Below are positions 1 through 8,693 of a stretch of 64,000 bases of DNA, one piece after another. Source of the DNA: Nanobdellati archaeon (lineage in GTDB: Archaea; B1Sed10-29; JAGVWA01); the NCBI GenBank assembly GCA_018304505.1, contig JAGVWA010000002.1, positions 16,567 through 80,566 on the forward strand, written 5' to 3'. The notes under the pieces are model-generated. The model saw only the letters and a list, made by a program, of their open reading frames with translations, was not told the origin of the DNA and did not search any database. Positions within the stretch are counted from its first letter, which is position 1; each line of letters begins with the position of its first letter. Position numbers and translations under genes: made by a program.

Positions 1-3000
1 CACTGCACGCAGGAGCAGCTCGCGCGATCAGCAGCGCTAGGGCGTGATAGCAACCTTGTAAGTGAGTGTAAGTATAGCACTTACGGAAATCGATATCAAC
101 CAGGCTCACCAAGTGCTGACAGGGTGACTTGTGTTGCTGCAGGCTCAGATGATGAGTGGACCACGTTTTACGGAGCAGGCAAAGAATTTGTTCCGGGGCA
201 TGGTTTGCTTGACGTAAGCGGAGAAATTAAAAAACCAGCATACGAGGCTAATGACTTCACCAAATTCGAGACAGGCGCGGACCCAAAAGTTTATGGCGAG
301 GGCCGGGGGGCGGTGCTAAATGTCGGAGAGCGGTTTACAAGTGATATAAGCCCATTGCCAGCTGTGCCGAAAATCGATATTAAGAACCTGCAGCTGCTGA
401 TGCCGTACTATGCTAACAGGAGTTCTTTTGATGCCAATATTCTAGAAACACTAGATAAGAACCACCTGACTTACATTAGGCGAACGCAGTTCGTTGAGCC
501 ATTTATTGTCTTGAGAATGAAGAGCATTTTGGAAGAAATGTGGGGCGTGGCTGATTACTACGCAGGTGCAGTACAGCGCCCTGCAGATGCAGACAACTCG
601 AGCCAGTTCAACCGTGTAGTTTCGCTGGACATTTGTAACCCTCAACAAAGGCGGGCTGGCGATGCTTGTGAGCCCTTTGAGTATTACCTTGGCGATGGGG
701 CCTCGTCTTACGATTTGCTGCTGCCGGCCATATACCCAGAAATCATCCCTCCAGTTAATGATGGAGAATCGACAAGAACAATTGTGCACTTTGTGGCAAA
801 CTCAACACCACAGCTGCTTGAGTTAATCCAAAGATTCAACGAGAGCGTCCACGGCATCAGAGGGGCATTGTTTATCCAGACAGGCCAGTTCAATTTGCAG
901 GTGTTGACGCCCGGTGAGGACATCATCAAGGTCAACATGACGGGCATCGATTTAACTAGCAGCACTGTGTTGCAGCGCTTTGCCCAGACACAGCGCGGGG
1001 GCGAAACAGCAAGCCAGCTCGAGATAGAGTTCAGGCCAGGCAGCGTTGCTGACTCGCTGTTCATTGTTTCTGATTGCGCTTTCAAAGAAACATGTGGCGG
1101 CAATAATAACTTGAACCTAGACCTTGAAGCGCTAGTAATCGACAGGCTTAACAACATAACCTTTGGCACAGATAAGCAAGTTGTTTCAGCCGTACCGAAG
1201 GTCAACATGCTGCTGGAAATCCCGCTAGAGCAAGACAAGCCGGAAGAAGCGCTGTTCAAAAACAAGTACGTCGTGCTGGCAGAATCAGTAACAGAGGCTG
1301 AAAACCTCATCAAGAGGTTCATGGGAATCCAATTTAATGATGAGGGGAAGTATGTCTTTGCGCCAATCAAAACCGAAGCCCAGACAATACGATCCATGTC
1401 GGTACAGGTGAATGTCTCGAGGGGCCTGATAGTGAAGGACGTTCCAGAACTCACCTTGTCGGAGTTAGTCAAGTTCATTTTCGACGAGGACGACGATTCT
1501 GACACAAAGAAAGAATCAACGTTTATTCTTAGGTCGTATACGAGAGATGATGTTCGCATAGGGCAGGGTGTATCTGGTGAATGGCAGGGCGCAATTTGGG
1601 GCATTCCCGAAAACGGCGTGTACTCGCGCTTCGTCAACATCACCGCAACAGATTGCATTATTGGAAACCCAATAAACTCTGTTTCGCCTGATTTCCAGGA
1701 CGTGTTTGATTATAATGTGCCTGCTTCAGACCTGGGGAAGATAAACTTCGCATCTGGTGGTGACTCAAATGTGTATGGAAGGAACCCGGCGACTTATACT
1801 GGGCTGGCGTTGCTTACAATTTCACGCAGTACCACAAGAGCGGCTGGGCAGACCTACGAAGTCACTATTGACCCTGTAGAAAGGGAGAAACTGCAACGGT
1901 ATACCATCAGTGAAAGTACAAATTACACTATAAATAGTGTAACCGGGTCTGATGGGTTATTGTGGCAATTCTTCAATAGTACGGGATTAATTGACTCAAG
2001 TGTCATGGATTTGTCATCTTTGAACCCCGACAGCTTCTGCCTGTCGCAGTACCAGAGGGACGTTAGCGTTGCATCTGCAAATAGGATCGCGGTTGGTGCA
2101 CAGGTTGAAACCACAAAAGGTCTACCTGTTGATTCAGCCGATGGCACGATTCTAATAACAGACACTACCCCTTCTGGCACTGGGAAATCATGTGGATTCA
2201 CTGCTTCAAATTATTGTACGTTTGCCCAAGACACCGTAACGAGTTGGGAGGTTACCGGGGATTTCTTTGATAAGTGTGCTACTTTAGGTGTGGGAATAGC
2301 TAATAAAGGGGGGACGGTAACGTTCATTGCAGCGACGACTGCGACTCTTGGTATCTATCCTTTAATATGTGGGGGTGGGGCACTTCTCTCCGAAGGTACA
2401 ATAGAAGCCAAACAATGGGAGGAGGGCACGGCACGAGTAGTGACTGCCGAGTATTGCAGAGTTAATCCAGGGAATGGGGTATTCTACACTCCAACTCAGG
2501 AAAATGAATGCCTTATTCCATATGGGCCTAGTTGCGGCAGTGAACCCGCTAGCGATAACTCGTGCCCCACAGTACCCCCGAGATCCCCAGGAGCCTACTG
2601 CAAGCAAGGATTTACAAAATCTTCTAATGGAAGAGTGTGTTGCCCAGTTGATAAGCCAGCGGCTAGTGATGGTTTTTGCTGCCCAGCAGACAGAACTTAT
2701 AACCCAGAGCAAAACAGGTGCGCATGCACAAATGGTTTCGAGACCGCGAACGGAAATTGCGTTGGCTCGTTGAGTGAGTTAGGGGAACAAGAAAAGCAGC
2801 CGTACTACTATACGGAGTACATGAAGGACGGAAGCACTGCACTCGCAACGGGAATCTTCAAGGGAACGGCACCATTACAACAGCAAGTGACCGCAGTTGC
2901 CGAAACCACGGAAACAGATGTAACAGCTGAAACACCTGCTGGAACCACTAACGGAGTCGTGCTACCCCCCTCCCCCCAAGCGACAAAGAGCTTGATATAT

Positions 3001-3501
3001 GTGAAATCTGATGGAAGTGCTTCCCAACAATATAACGTAGACACTTATGTTAAGCCAACCCTTGGGCACTTGGTGGAGACTCTTGGTTACGGCACAAGAA
3101 ATGTCGACAGTGACTCGTATGTGACAGACAGAATTGGGGAAATATCAGGTTCAAGCGATTGGTATAACTGGGCCCTTACAAAATCGCGTACTAGTGCATT
3201 CAGGCGTATAGAGCCAGATGATGTTAATCTTTTCATGTTCCTAGGCTCGCGTTTTGAGGATGGGTGGGTTACAAACAAGCTTGAGCCATTGAAAATTAGG
3301 GACTTTTTCAGTAGGCAAAATGCTGGTGATTATTACATAGAAGTGATTCCCGAGACGGTTATTGCGGCTACAGGTGAAATCGAGAGGCACCCACTTGTTA
3401 TCATTATTAATTCCGAACGTATGAATTCAAGTGATGCAAACTTATTCTATGCCGCTGCTCGGAATGATATTCCCCTCAGAATTTCTTTTTGGACTAAGTA
3501 A
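1..3501 (+). CDS. large Cys-rich, probably extracellular protein (5'-partial; frame open to window start)
   Basis: Frame 1 has no stop from position 1 to the TAA at 3499-3501, so the gene begins outside the window (>1160 aa). Many N-x-S/T sequons. Disulfide-rich segment near the C-terminus (CPTVPPRSPGAYCKQG..CCPVDK..CCPADRTYNPEQNRCACTNGFETANGNC). No recognisable enzymatic motif. Internal minus-strand ORFs are antisense artefacts. Confidence 0.55.
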   Translation, partial: HCTQEQLARSAALGRDSNLVSECKYSTYGNRYQPGSPSADRVTCVAAGSDDEWTTFYGAGKEFVPGHGLLDVSGEIKKPAYEANDFTKFETGADPKVYGEGRGAVLNVGERFTSDISPLPAVPKIDIKNLQLLMPYYANRSSFDANILETLDKNHLTYIRRTQFVEPFIVLRMKSILEEMWGVADYYAGAVQRPADADNSSQFNRVVSLDICNPQQRRAGDACEPFEYYLGDGASSYDLLLPAIYPEIIPPVNDGESTRTIVHFVANSTPQLLELIQRFNESVHGIRGALFIQTGQFNLQVLTPGEDIIKVNMTGIDLTSSTVLQRFAQTQRGGETASQLEIEFRPGSVADSLFIVSDCAFKETCGGNNNLNLDLEALVIDRLNNITFGTDKQVVSAVPKVNMLLEIPLEQDKPEEALFKNKYVVLAESVTEAENLIKRFMGIQFNDEGKYVFAPIKTEAQTIRSMSVQVNVSRGLIVKDVPELTLSELVKFIFDEDDDSDTKKESTFILRSYTRDDVRIGQGVSGEWQGAIWGIPENGVYSRFVNITATDCIIGNPINSVSPDFQDVFDYNVPASDLGKINFASGGDSNVYGRNPATYTGLALLTISRSTTRAAGQTYEVTIDPVEREKLQRYTISESTNYTINSVTGSDGLLWQFFNSTGLIDSSVMDLSSLNPDSFCLSQYQRDVSVASANRIAVGAQVETTKGLPVDSADGTILITDTTPSGTGKSCGFTASNYCTFAQDTVTSWEVTGDFFDKCATLGVGIANKGGTVTFIAATTATLGIYPLICGGGALLSEGTIEAKQWEEGTARVVTAEYCRVNPGNGVFYTPTQENECLIPYGPSCGSEPASDNSCPTVPPRSPGAYCKQGFTKSSNGRVCCPVDKPAASDGFCCPADRTYNPEQNRCACTNGFETANGNCVGSLSELGEQEKQPYYYTEYMKDGSTALATGIFKGTAPLQQQVTAVAETTETDVTAETPAGTTNGVVLPPSPQATKSLIYVKSDGSASQQYNVDTYVKPTLGHLVETLGYGTRNVDSDSYVTDRIGEISGSSDWYNWALTKSRTSAFRRIEPDDVNLFMFLGSRFEDGWVTNKLEPLKIRDFFSRQNAGDYYIEVIPETVIAATGEIERHPLVIIINSERMNSSDANLFYAAARNDIPLRISFWTK

Positions 3502-3502
3502 T

Positions 3503-3555
3503 GCTGCACTGTAAACGTTTATAAACCCGCGCTGAGTGTTTTTGCGCGATGATGA
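3503..3555. repeat. direct repeat copy 1 (53 bp) containing the TATA-like palindrome AAACGTTTATAAAC
   Basis: gctgcactgtaaacgtttataaacccgcgctgagtgtttttgcgcgatgatga matches 4946-4998 at 50/53 positions, same orientation. It sits immediately after the stop of the giant ORF and 3' of the ATPase gene. Confidence 0.8.
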
Positions 3556-3587
3556 GCCGTTCAGCGAAAATACGCAGATGCACGCGC

Positions 3588-4838
3588 TTACTTCAATCCG
3601 TGTAGCATGAACTTCCACGCTGGAATAAGATGGATTTTTCCGTGTTCTGTTTTTATTTCATTTTCAGTGTCCTTTGTTATTATGATGCCTTTCTTGGTTT
3701 TGAATTTTTTCATAAATTCTTTTGTTCCTTTTAGGTCATCTGATACTATATTGTGCTGATATTTTACTTCTACGGGTGTCTTGTTAATGACCGCGTCTAC
3801 GTCATAGCTGTTTTTCCAGAACATGTTTGTTCCCAAGGCATTGATGACGGCCGTCTCTACCATTCTTCCGAAAAAGGAATCGTCTATAATTGGCTTGTAT
3901 GCGCTTATTATGCCCGTGTCGGTTAGGTATGCTCTCTTGGTTTTTCTTAGTGTGGACACGCCCCCTTTTCTGTAGTTTCCAAGTAATTTTACGACAAACC
4001 CCTCCTCTAGGATCATGACATATTCACTTACTGTTTTTCTATTCAAATCAAATTGCTGTGCAATTGATTGGTAACTTACGTCCATGCCGGGGTTTATCGC
4101 GATTGCTTCCATGATTTTTTTAAGTTTGTCAAGGTCGCGTATATGAAATAGTTGTAAAAAATCTTTGTAGATTATTTTGTCAATCACAATTGAGCGAATG
4201 TATTCTTTTGTTTGCCGCGCGTCTTCATTTATAACTTCTGGAAAACCACCACGTAGGATATATTCAACGAGTTCCTGCTTAATCTTTGCTTGCGGCAAAT
4301 TAATGTTTTTATTGCGCAGTTCGAGAAATTCCTTGAATGACAGGCTTGGCAGATAATGCTCATAAATGCGGCCAGCCAATGTTTCTTTAGTTTTTTGCGC
4401 TATAAATAGGCCTTCTGATCCACTGAGTACGAACTTCATTTTTGGATAAAGGTCATAGTATTTTTTAAGCTGGTTTTGCCAATTTTCTAGTTTTTGAATT
4501 TCATCAAGGAAAAGGTACGTTTTATCATGCCTGAAGTCCACGCCTTGCAGTTCTTTGTAACTAGTTAATATGTCATTTAGGTCTTTTACTGTTTCATCAA
4601 AGGAGAAGTACAGCACTTGCTTAGCGTCAACCCCGGTTGTGAGCAAGTGATTAATGGTTTGTCTCATCATCACTGTTTTTCCTACTCGTCGTAAGCCAAT
4701 AATTGATATTATCTGTCTTTTGCCAAGCTGGGATAACACTTCCTGCAACAAGTGCCGTTTATATGTTTCAAGCAATTCAGGAGGTACTCTGCGTGTGAAC
4801 CACCATTCATTAAATTCCTCAAGAACCTCTTTTCTCAT
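3588..4838 (-). CDS. AAA+ ATPase of the archaeal DUF4143/AAA_14-type family
   Basis: 416 aa. Walker A GLRRVGKT near the N-terminus. Overall sequence and length are typical of the widespread archaeal 'ATPase (AAA+ superfamily)' proteins with a C-terminal DUF4143-like region. The single gene is bracketed by the 53-bp direct repeats. Confidence 0.8.
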   Translation of the reverse strand: MRKEVLEEFNEWWFTRRVPPELLETYKRHLLQEVLSQLGKRQIISIIGLRRVGKTVMMRQTINHLLTTGVDAKQVLYFSFDETVKDLNDILTSYKELQGVDFRHDKTYLFLDEIQKLENWQNQLKKYYDLYPKMKFVLSGSEGLFIAQKTKETLAGRIYEHYLPSLSFKEFLELRNKNINLPQAKIKQELVEYILRGGFPEVINEDARQTKEYIRSIVIDKIIYKDFLQLFHIRDLDKLKKIMEAIAINPGMDVSYQSIAQQFDLNRKTVSEYVMILEEGFVVKLLGNYRKGGVSTLRKTKRAYLTDTGIISAYKPIIDDSFFGRMVETAVINALGTNMFWKNSYDVDAVINKTPVEVKYQHNIVSDDLKGTKEFMKKFKTKKGIIITKDTENEIKTEHGKIHLIPAWKFMLHGLK

Positions 4839-4945
4839 ATGTCCATTACACTGGGCACATATTTAAACTTTATGTCCGGTATAAGTGCCAAATATAGAGG
4901 GTTTGTGCGGGGCGTTGAGTGCAGGCCGAAACAAACTGACTGCGC

Positions 4946-4998
4946 GCTGCACTGTAAACGTTTATAAACCCGCGTTGAGTGTTTTTGCGTGATGACGA
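4946..4998. repeat. direct repeat copy 2 (53 bp); carries the promoter-like TATA palindrome and the first codons of the downstream gene
   Basis: gctgcactgtaaacgtttataaacccgcgttgagtgtttttgcgtgatgacga. TTTATAAA lies about 30 bp upstream of the GTG/ATG at 4989/4992, the classical archaeal TATA position. Copy 1 reproduces this sequence through the first 3 codons. Confidence 0.8.
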
Positions 4999-5432
4999 AC
5001 TGGGTGCTGCAGCTGAACTTTGGCAACAACACGAATCCGTTACTGGGCCTGTTCAAGTCGCTGTTCCTGATTTTCGACCAGATCATTGGCAGCATTGACA
5101 GGATTCTCGTCAACATCATTCCGCAGTACAACATCGTGAAGCTGGGCTTCAGGGTCCTGATTTTGCTGTACATCATCTCATTTGTCAGGGAGAAATTCGG
5201 CGGCGGAGCCCTAGGCACTATTGCGGCGCTGGTGGCTGCATACGTTTTTATATTCCAGCTCCCATTTTTGCAATTTGCGGTGCTGGCTTATATTATACTG
5301 ACCATGGGCATTTCCAATATCCTGCTTGACGTGGCCCTGGCCAACCCGTTCAAGATGATTGGCAAGAAGGGCAAGCCGGAAGCACCCCATGGCGGAGCGC
5401 AGCACCCGGATGGCGGGGGAGACGTGTTCTAG
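4992..5432 (+). CDS. small polytopic membrane protein (hypothetical), tail KKGKPEAPHGG
   Basis: ORF track 4989 (GTG); first ATG at 4992. About 4 hydrophobic helices, then a Lys/Pro/Gly-rich tail resembling the tails of the 6569-7930 array. Confidence 0.5.
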   Translation: MTNWVLQLNFGNNTNPLLGLFKSLFLIFDQIIGSIDRILVNIIPQYNIVKLGFRVLILLYIISFVREKFGGGALGTIAALVAAYVFIFQLPFLQFAVLAYIILTMGISNILLDVALANPFKMIGKKGKPEAPHGGAQHPDGGGDVF

Positions 5433-5433
5433 C

Positions 5434-5769
5434 ATGGCATCACGGGGTTTTGCAATAGGCACGTGGTACTTCATACTCTTCCTGGTAATCATGGCGTTCT
5501 TCCTTGTGGGGCCAATAATCTTGGCAGAAGCCTTCCCTGTACTGAAGATAATGCTGCTCGCGTTCTTTTGCTACGAGATTTACAAGTTTGTTGAAGCGCG
5601 CGTGGGCGGCGGCGTGCTGACGTATGTGCTCTCAGGCATACTGATTTATGTCTTCGTCATTGTGCTGTGGCCGCTCCTTGTGGCGTCGTACTTCTTCACG
5701 GTCATTGTAGGCCTGGGCCTGTTCGGGCCGATACTGTTCCAGCTGCAGCACGCGGTCGAGGGCAAGTAG
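5434..5769 (+). CDS. small polytopic membrane protein (hypothetical)
   Basis: ATG 2 nt after the previous stop (MASRGFAIGTWYFILFLVIMAFF...). 3-4 TM helices with a GGG motif. The longer track ORF 5359-5769 overlaps the upstream gene and is less likely. Confidence 0.5.
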   Translation: MASRGFAIGTWYFILFLVIMAFFLVGPIILAEAFPVLKIMLLAFFCYEIYKFVEARVGGGVLTYVLSGILIYVFVIVLWPLLVASYFFTVIVGLGLFGPILFQLQHAVEGK

Positions 5770-6307
5770 CTGAAGGGCTGGGCGGCAGTCGGTTTTAGGA
5801 AAGTTTTAAATTGGACTGTTCTATTATGAAAATCCACATCGTGAGTTTATATACTTTGGGATTTAATAAAATATAAACGTAAATTTCAAAGTTAATTTAT
5901 TTGGTTCTTCTGCGCCGCATGCTTGGGGTATTTTGAGTTTGAAATACTCCCGGTCGTGGAAGCCGTATGCTCTTCTCCTACAATATGGCAGAAGGGACCC
6001 CATTTTTATCACCTTATCCTAAACTAGCAGAAGAGCTGTATTTTATTAGGGCCTAGGGTCATTCTCTGTTAGCCGCCACCTAAGAATTTTATATAGTTTC
6101 TAATAAACCAGCCTAGAAATGCGAATGTGTTTTTTGATCCGCGCGCCCAGGATGGGATGGAGTTATATACTTTTTGTCATATATGCTAATGGGTATATAA
6201 TTTTCCTGGGCGTGCCCTTTTACCAGATAACGTTAAAATACTTTGGGGGTTTAGTACTATAGTATTATAGTATATTTAGTGTTAGGGTATTATACAACGG
6301 TGAAAAA

Positions 6308-6544
6308 ATGGGAAACGTGTTCGCGGACGTGCAGCTTGCTATTACATTGATACTGTTCATAATGCTCTTCCAGTGGTCTATTGAATTCACAGCCTCGATT
6401 TTCCTGGGCGCAGTGCTGGCCCTTGTTGTGGCATACCTCACCTTCTTCAGCCACTTCGAGATCCTGCTCCTGATCCTTGTGCTGTTCTTCGGCGCGCCGT
6501 TTTTCAAGGGCCTTCTCGAGGGCATTAAGGAAGGCGTAAAATGA
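6308..6544 (+). CDS. small 2-TM membrane protein (hypothetical)
   Basis: 78 aa, two hydrophobic helices. First gene of a tightly packed same-strand array that follows a 530-bp AT-rich noncoding region. Confidence 0.45.
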   Translation: MGNVFADVQLAITLILFIMLFQWSIEFTASIFLGAVLALVVAYLTFFSHFEILLLILVLFFGAPFFKGLLEGIKEGVK

Positions 6545-6568
6545 CGAGGTTTTTCTGGGGGGCTTAGC

Positions 6569-6871
6569 ATGGATTCGCTGTCGATAGTCATCGTGCTCCT
6601 CGTCACGTTCCTGGCATACCAGCAGGGCATACCGTGGCTTTTCTGGGGCTCAGTGCTGCTGTTTGTAGTCACTGTCAGGCAGCCCAGCGTGATCATTGTG
6701 TTCGGGTTGGGCCTGCTGGCGCTGCAATTCCTCAGGCTGCAGGACTTCTGGTTTATTATACTCGCCATCATCGTTGCCTTTGTGTTGATGACACAGAAAG
6801 AGCAACCCAAGCCCGCAGGCGGCGAAGAGCTCTACTCCCCTGAGCTGATGGAGCTCCTTGGTGGTAAGTAA
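6569..6871 (+). CDS. small 3-TM membrane protein, paralog family 'KPxx..YPEK-tail'
   Basis: 100 aa. Tail QKEQPKPAGGEELYSPELMEL resembles the tails of the next three genes. Its stop overlaps the next start (TAATG). Confidence 0.5.
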   Translation: MDSLSIVIVLLVTFLAYQQGIPWLFWGSVLLFVVTVRQPSVIIVFGLGLLALQFLRLQDFWFIILAIIVAFVLMTQKEQPKPAGGEELYSPELMELLGGK

Positions 6872-7221
6872 TGAAGCTTGACAATTCAGTGCTTGTGGCA
6901 GTCATCATCGTGCTGGCCTTCGGATTCCTTAACAAGCTCATAGTGCCGGCGATATTAGTAAGCATAGCAGTGGTTTATTTTATGGCAAAGCCAGAACCGG
7001 CGCCAGCCCTAATTACAGACACAGGGCAGCCCAAGGTAGAACCAATCAGGGTCCAGCGGGTTTACACAGGCCCGAAATCAATATACCCTGAGAAGATGGA
7101 GATCCACCTTAAGGGCGAAAAGGCCAAGCAGATCCACCTAAAGGAAGGCGCCAAGGGCACGCTCAAGGAACTTGGCAGGTGGGCGAAGTACTTCCTGACT
7201 GGAAAAATCGATGAAAAGTGA
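6871..7221 (+). CDS. small 2-TM membrane protein, paralog family 'KPxx..YPEK-tail'
   Basis: 116 aa. Two TM helices, then AKPEPAPA..SIYPEKMEIHLKGEKAKQIHLKEG. Confidence 0.55.
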   Translation: MKLDNSVLVAVIIVLAFGFLNKLIVPAILVSIAVVYFMAKPEPAPALITDTGQPKVEPIRVQRVYTGPKSIYPEKMEIHLKGEKAKQIHLKEGAKGTLKELGRWAKYFLTGKIDEK

Positions 7222-7238
7222 TCGCGGAGTGATATGCA

Positions 7239-7589
7239 ATGTCGAATAACAACACGTATGCGCTGCTCGCCATAATAATTTTGGCTTCACTGTACCTGAA
7301 ATTGCAGTGGCTCACCATAGGTTTGGTGCTGTTAACCGTGCTGTTGTATGTGTCAGAATCAAAGCCAGCAAAGGCCGAGGGGGCAAAGGCTGCACCAGGT
7401 TCGCAAGGGCCGACGCTGCGGCCTGTGATTTATGAGGACGTTGGGCCTGTGCCATCACTGTATCCTGAAAAGCAGGAAATCGTTATAGTTACAGAGCCCC
7501 CAAAAGTAGCAGCCACAATGGTGCTGGAGTCGCTGGCCAACATAACCTCGTCAGTGTTCTGGCTGTTTAAAGGACTAATGAGGAAATGA
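7239..7589 (+). CDS. small 2-TM membrane protein, paralog family 'KPxx..YPEK-tail'
   Basis: 116 aa. Two TM helices, then SKPAKAEGAKAAPG..SLYPEKQEIVIV. Overlaps the next gene by 4 nt (ATGA). Confidence 0.55.
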   Translation: MSNNNTYALLAIIILASLYLKLQWLTIGLVLLTVLLYVSESKPAKAEGAKAAPGSQGPTLRPVIYEDVGPVPSLYPEKQEIVIVTEPPKVAATMVLESLANITSSVFWLFKGLMRK

Positions 7590-7930
7590 TAAACATGAAC
7601 ACGACGCAACTGATATTAATCCTCATTGCTGCGCTGCTCGTTTACATTGGATACGGCATTCCTGCGCTTGTGCTGCTCGGGATCGCGTTCATGGTGAAGG
7701 AAAAACCAGCAGCCTCAAAGGCGGGCGCTGCAGGCGCGGGCGGCATCGCGCCCATCCAGATACCGTATCAGGCACCGTACACCATTCCAGAGAAAATGTC
7801 CATGAAGATGGGAGAGGCCAAGGCGGGAAAACGCAAGTGGGAAGGCCCGATGGAAGACGTCGCAGGTGGTCTCGGTGGTATAATCGGCAAGCTCCTTGGC
7901 AGGGCAGTAAGTGGGGGCAAGAAAAAATGA
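7586..7930 (+). CDS. small 2-TM membrane protein, paralog family 'KPxx..YPEK-tail'
   Basis: 114 aa. Two TM helices, then KEKPAASKAGAAGAGG..YTIPEKMSMKMGEAKAGKRK and a Gly-rich basic end. Confidence 0.55.
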   Translation: MINMNTTQLILILIAALLVYIGYGIPALVLLGIAFMVKEKPAASKAGAAGAGGIAPIQIPYQAPYTIPEKMSMKMGEAKAGKRKWEGPMEDVAGGLGGIIGKLLGRAVSGGKKK

Positions 7931-7958
7931 GGCCGGAGACAATTTGGTAGTGATCAAT

Positions 7959-8693
7959 ATGATCTGGTGGCTCTTTATTTTTCTTGTCTTGCTCGGGGTT
8001 TACATGAACAACATCGTTGTGCTTGCAGCAGCGCTCATCATCCCGCTTCACGAATTCTTCCTGAAACAGCAGGCGCAAGCCATGATGCCTACTAAACCAA
8101 TGCCCAGGGAGCATGCTGCAGTTCCCGTGCATGAAGACGCGCACATACGGATTCAGGATGAAATAATTCAGGGCCCTGCGCCGCCGCATCCGCTTGAGTC
8201 ATTTGACGTCTGGCGAAGGCCGTTCCCAGTGAATTTAGTGACACAGCTCGGGCTTACAGCTGCGCCTGTTGTACATCCAGAAACAGGAAAGCAGGTTTAC
8301 AGTGCTGAGGGCAAGCCCCTGATTGCACCAGCGATAGAGGCGAAAGAGCAGACTATCCCTCAGATATTGGCAGAAAAGCCCGAATACAGCAAAGACCCGC
8401 TGGTTAGAAGCAAGCTATTTATAGACTTCCCGCTTTACAACATCAGTGGCATCATCAAGTACGGTGGCGAGCTGGCGAGGGCCGTAGCTGAGCAGCCCGA
8501 GGTGTTTGAAGTAAAAGGGATGATGGAGACGCAGCTGGGGCAGCAGATAAAAACAATGCGCGCAGTTCAGCAAAGGTATTTTGAAGAAGTGGCTGCGTTC
8601 AACAAGATGCCGCGTGGGCCGGAAAAGCAGAAGGAGTATGAAAGGCTCAAGGGCCTTGACACAGCGTTGAAAAGAACAGGATGGTTAAAATGA
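7959..8693 (+). CDS. N-terminally membrane-anchored protein (hypothetical)
   Basis: The track start 7911 is GTG and overlaps the previous gene. The first ATG at 7959 gives MIWWLFIFLVLLGVYMNNIVVLAAALII (signal anchor) followed by a ~200-aa soluble domain. Its end overlaps the next gene's start. Confidence 0.5.
   Translation: MIWWLFIFLVLLGVYMNNIVVLAAALIIPLHEFFLKQQAQAMMPTKPMPREHAAVPVHEDAHIRIQDEIIQGPAPPHPLESFDVWRRPFPVNLVTQLGLTAAPVVHPETGKQVYSAEGKPLIAPAIEAKEQTIPQILAEKPEYSKDPLVRSKLFIDFPLYNISGIIKYGGELARAVAEQPEVFEVKGMMETQLGQQIKTMRAVQQRYFEEVAAFNKMPRGPEKQKEYERLKGLDTALKRTGWLK

Noticed and set aside
708-3278. Minus-strand ORFs of 60-316 aa inside 1-3501.
   Set aside because: They are fully embedded antisense to the 1125+ aa plus-strand ORF and have Ser/Leu-rich low-complexity products typical of antisense frames.
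5359-5769. Track ORF starting at 5359 (136 aa), overlapping the 3' end of the 4992-5432 gene.
   Set aside because: The N-terminal 25 residues are an out-of-frame overlap of the upstream gene. The ATG at 5434, 2 nt after that gene's stop, gives a clean membrane protein.
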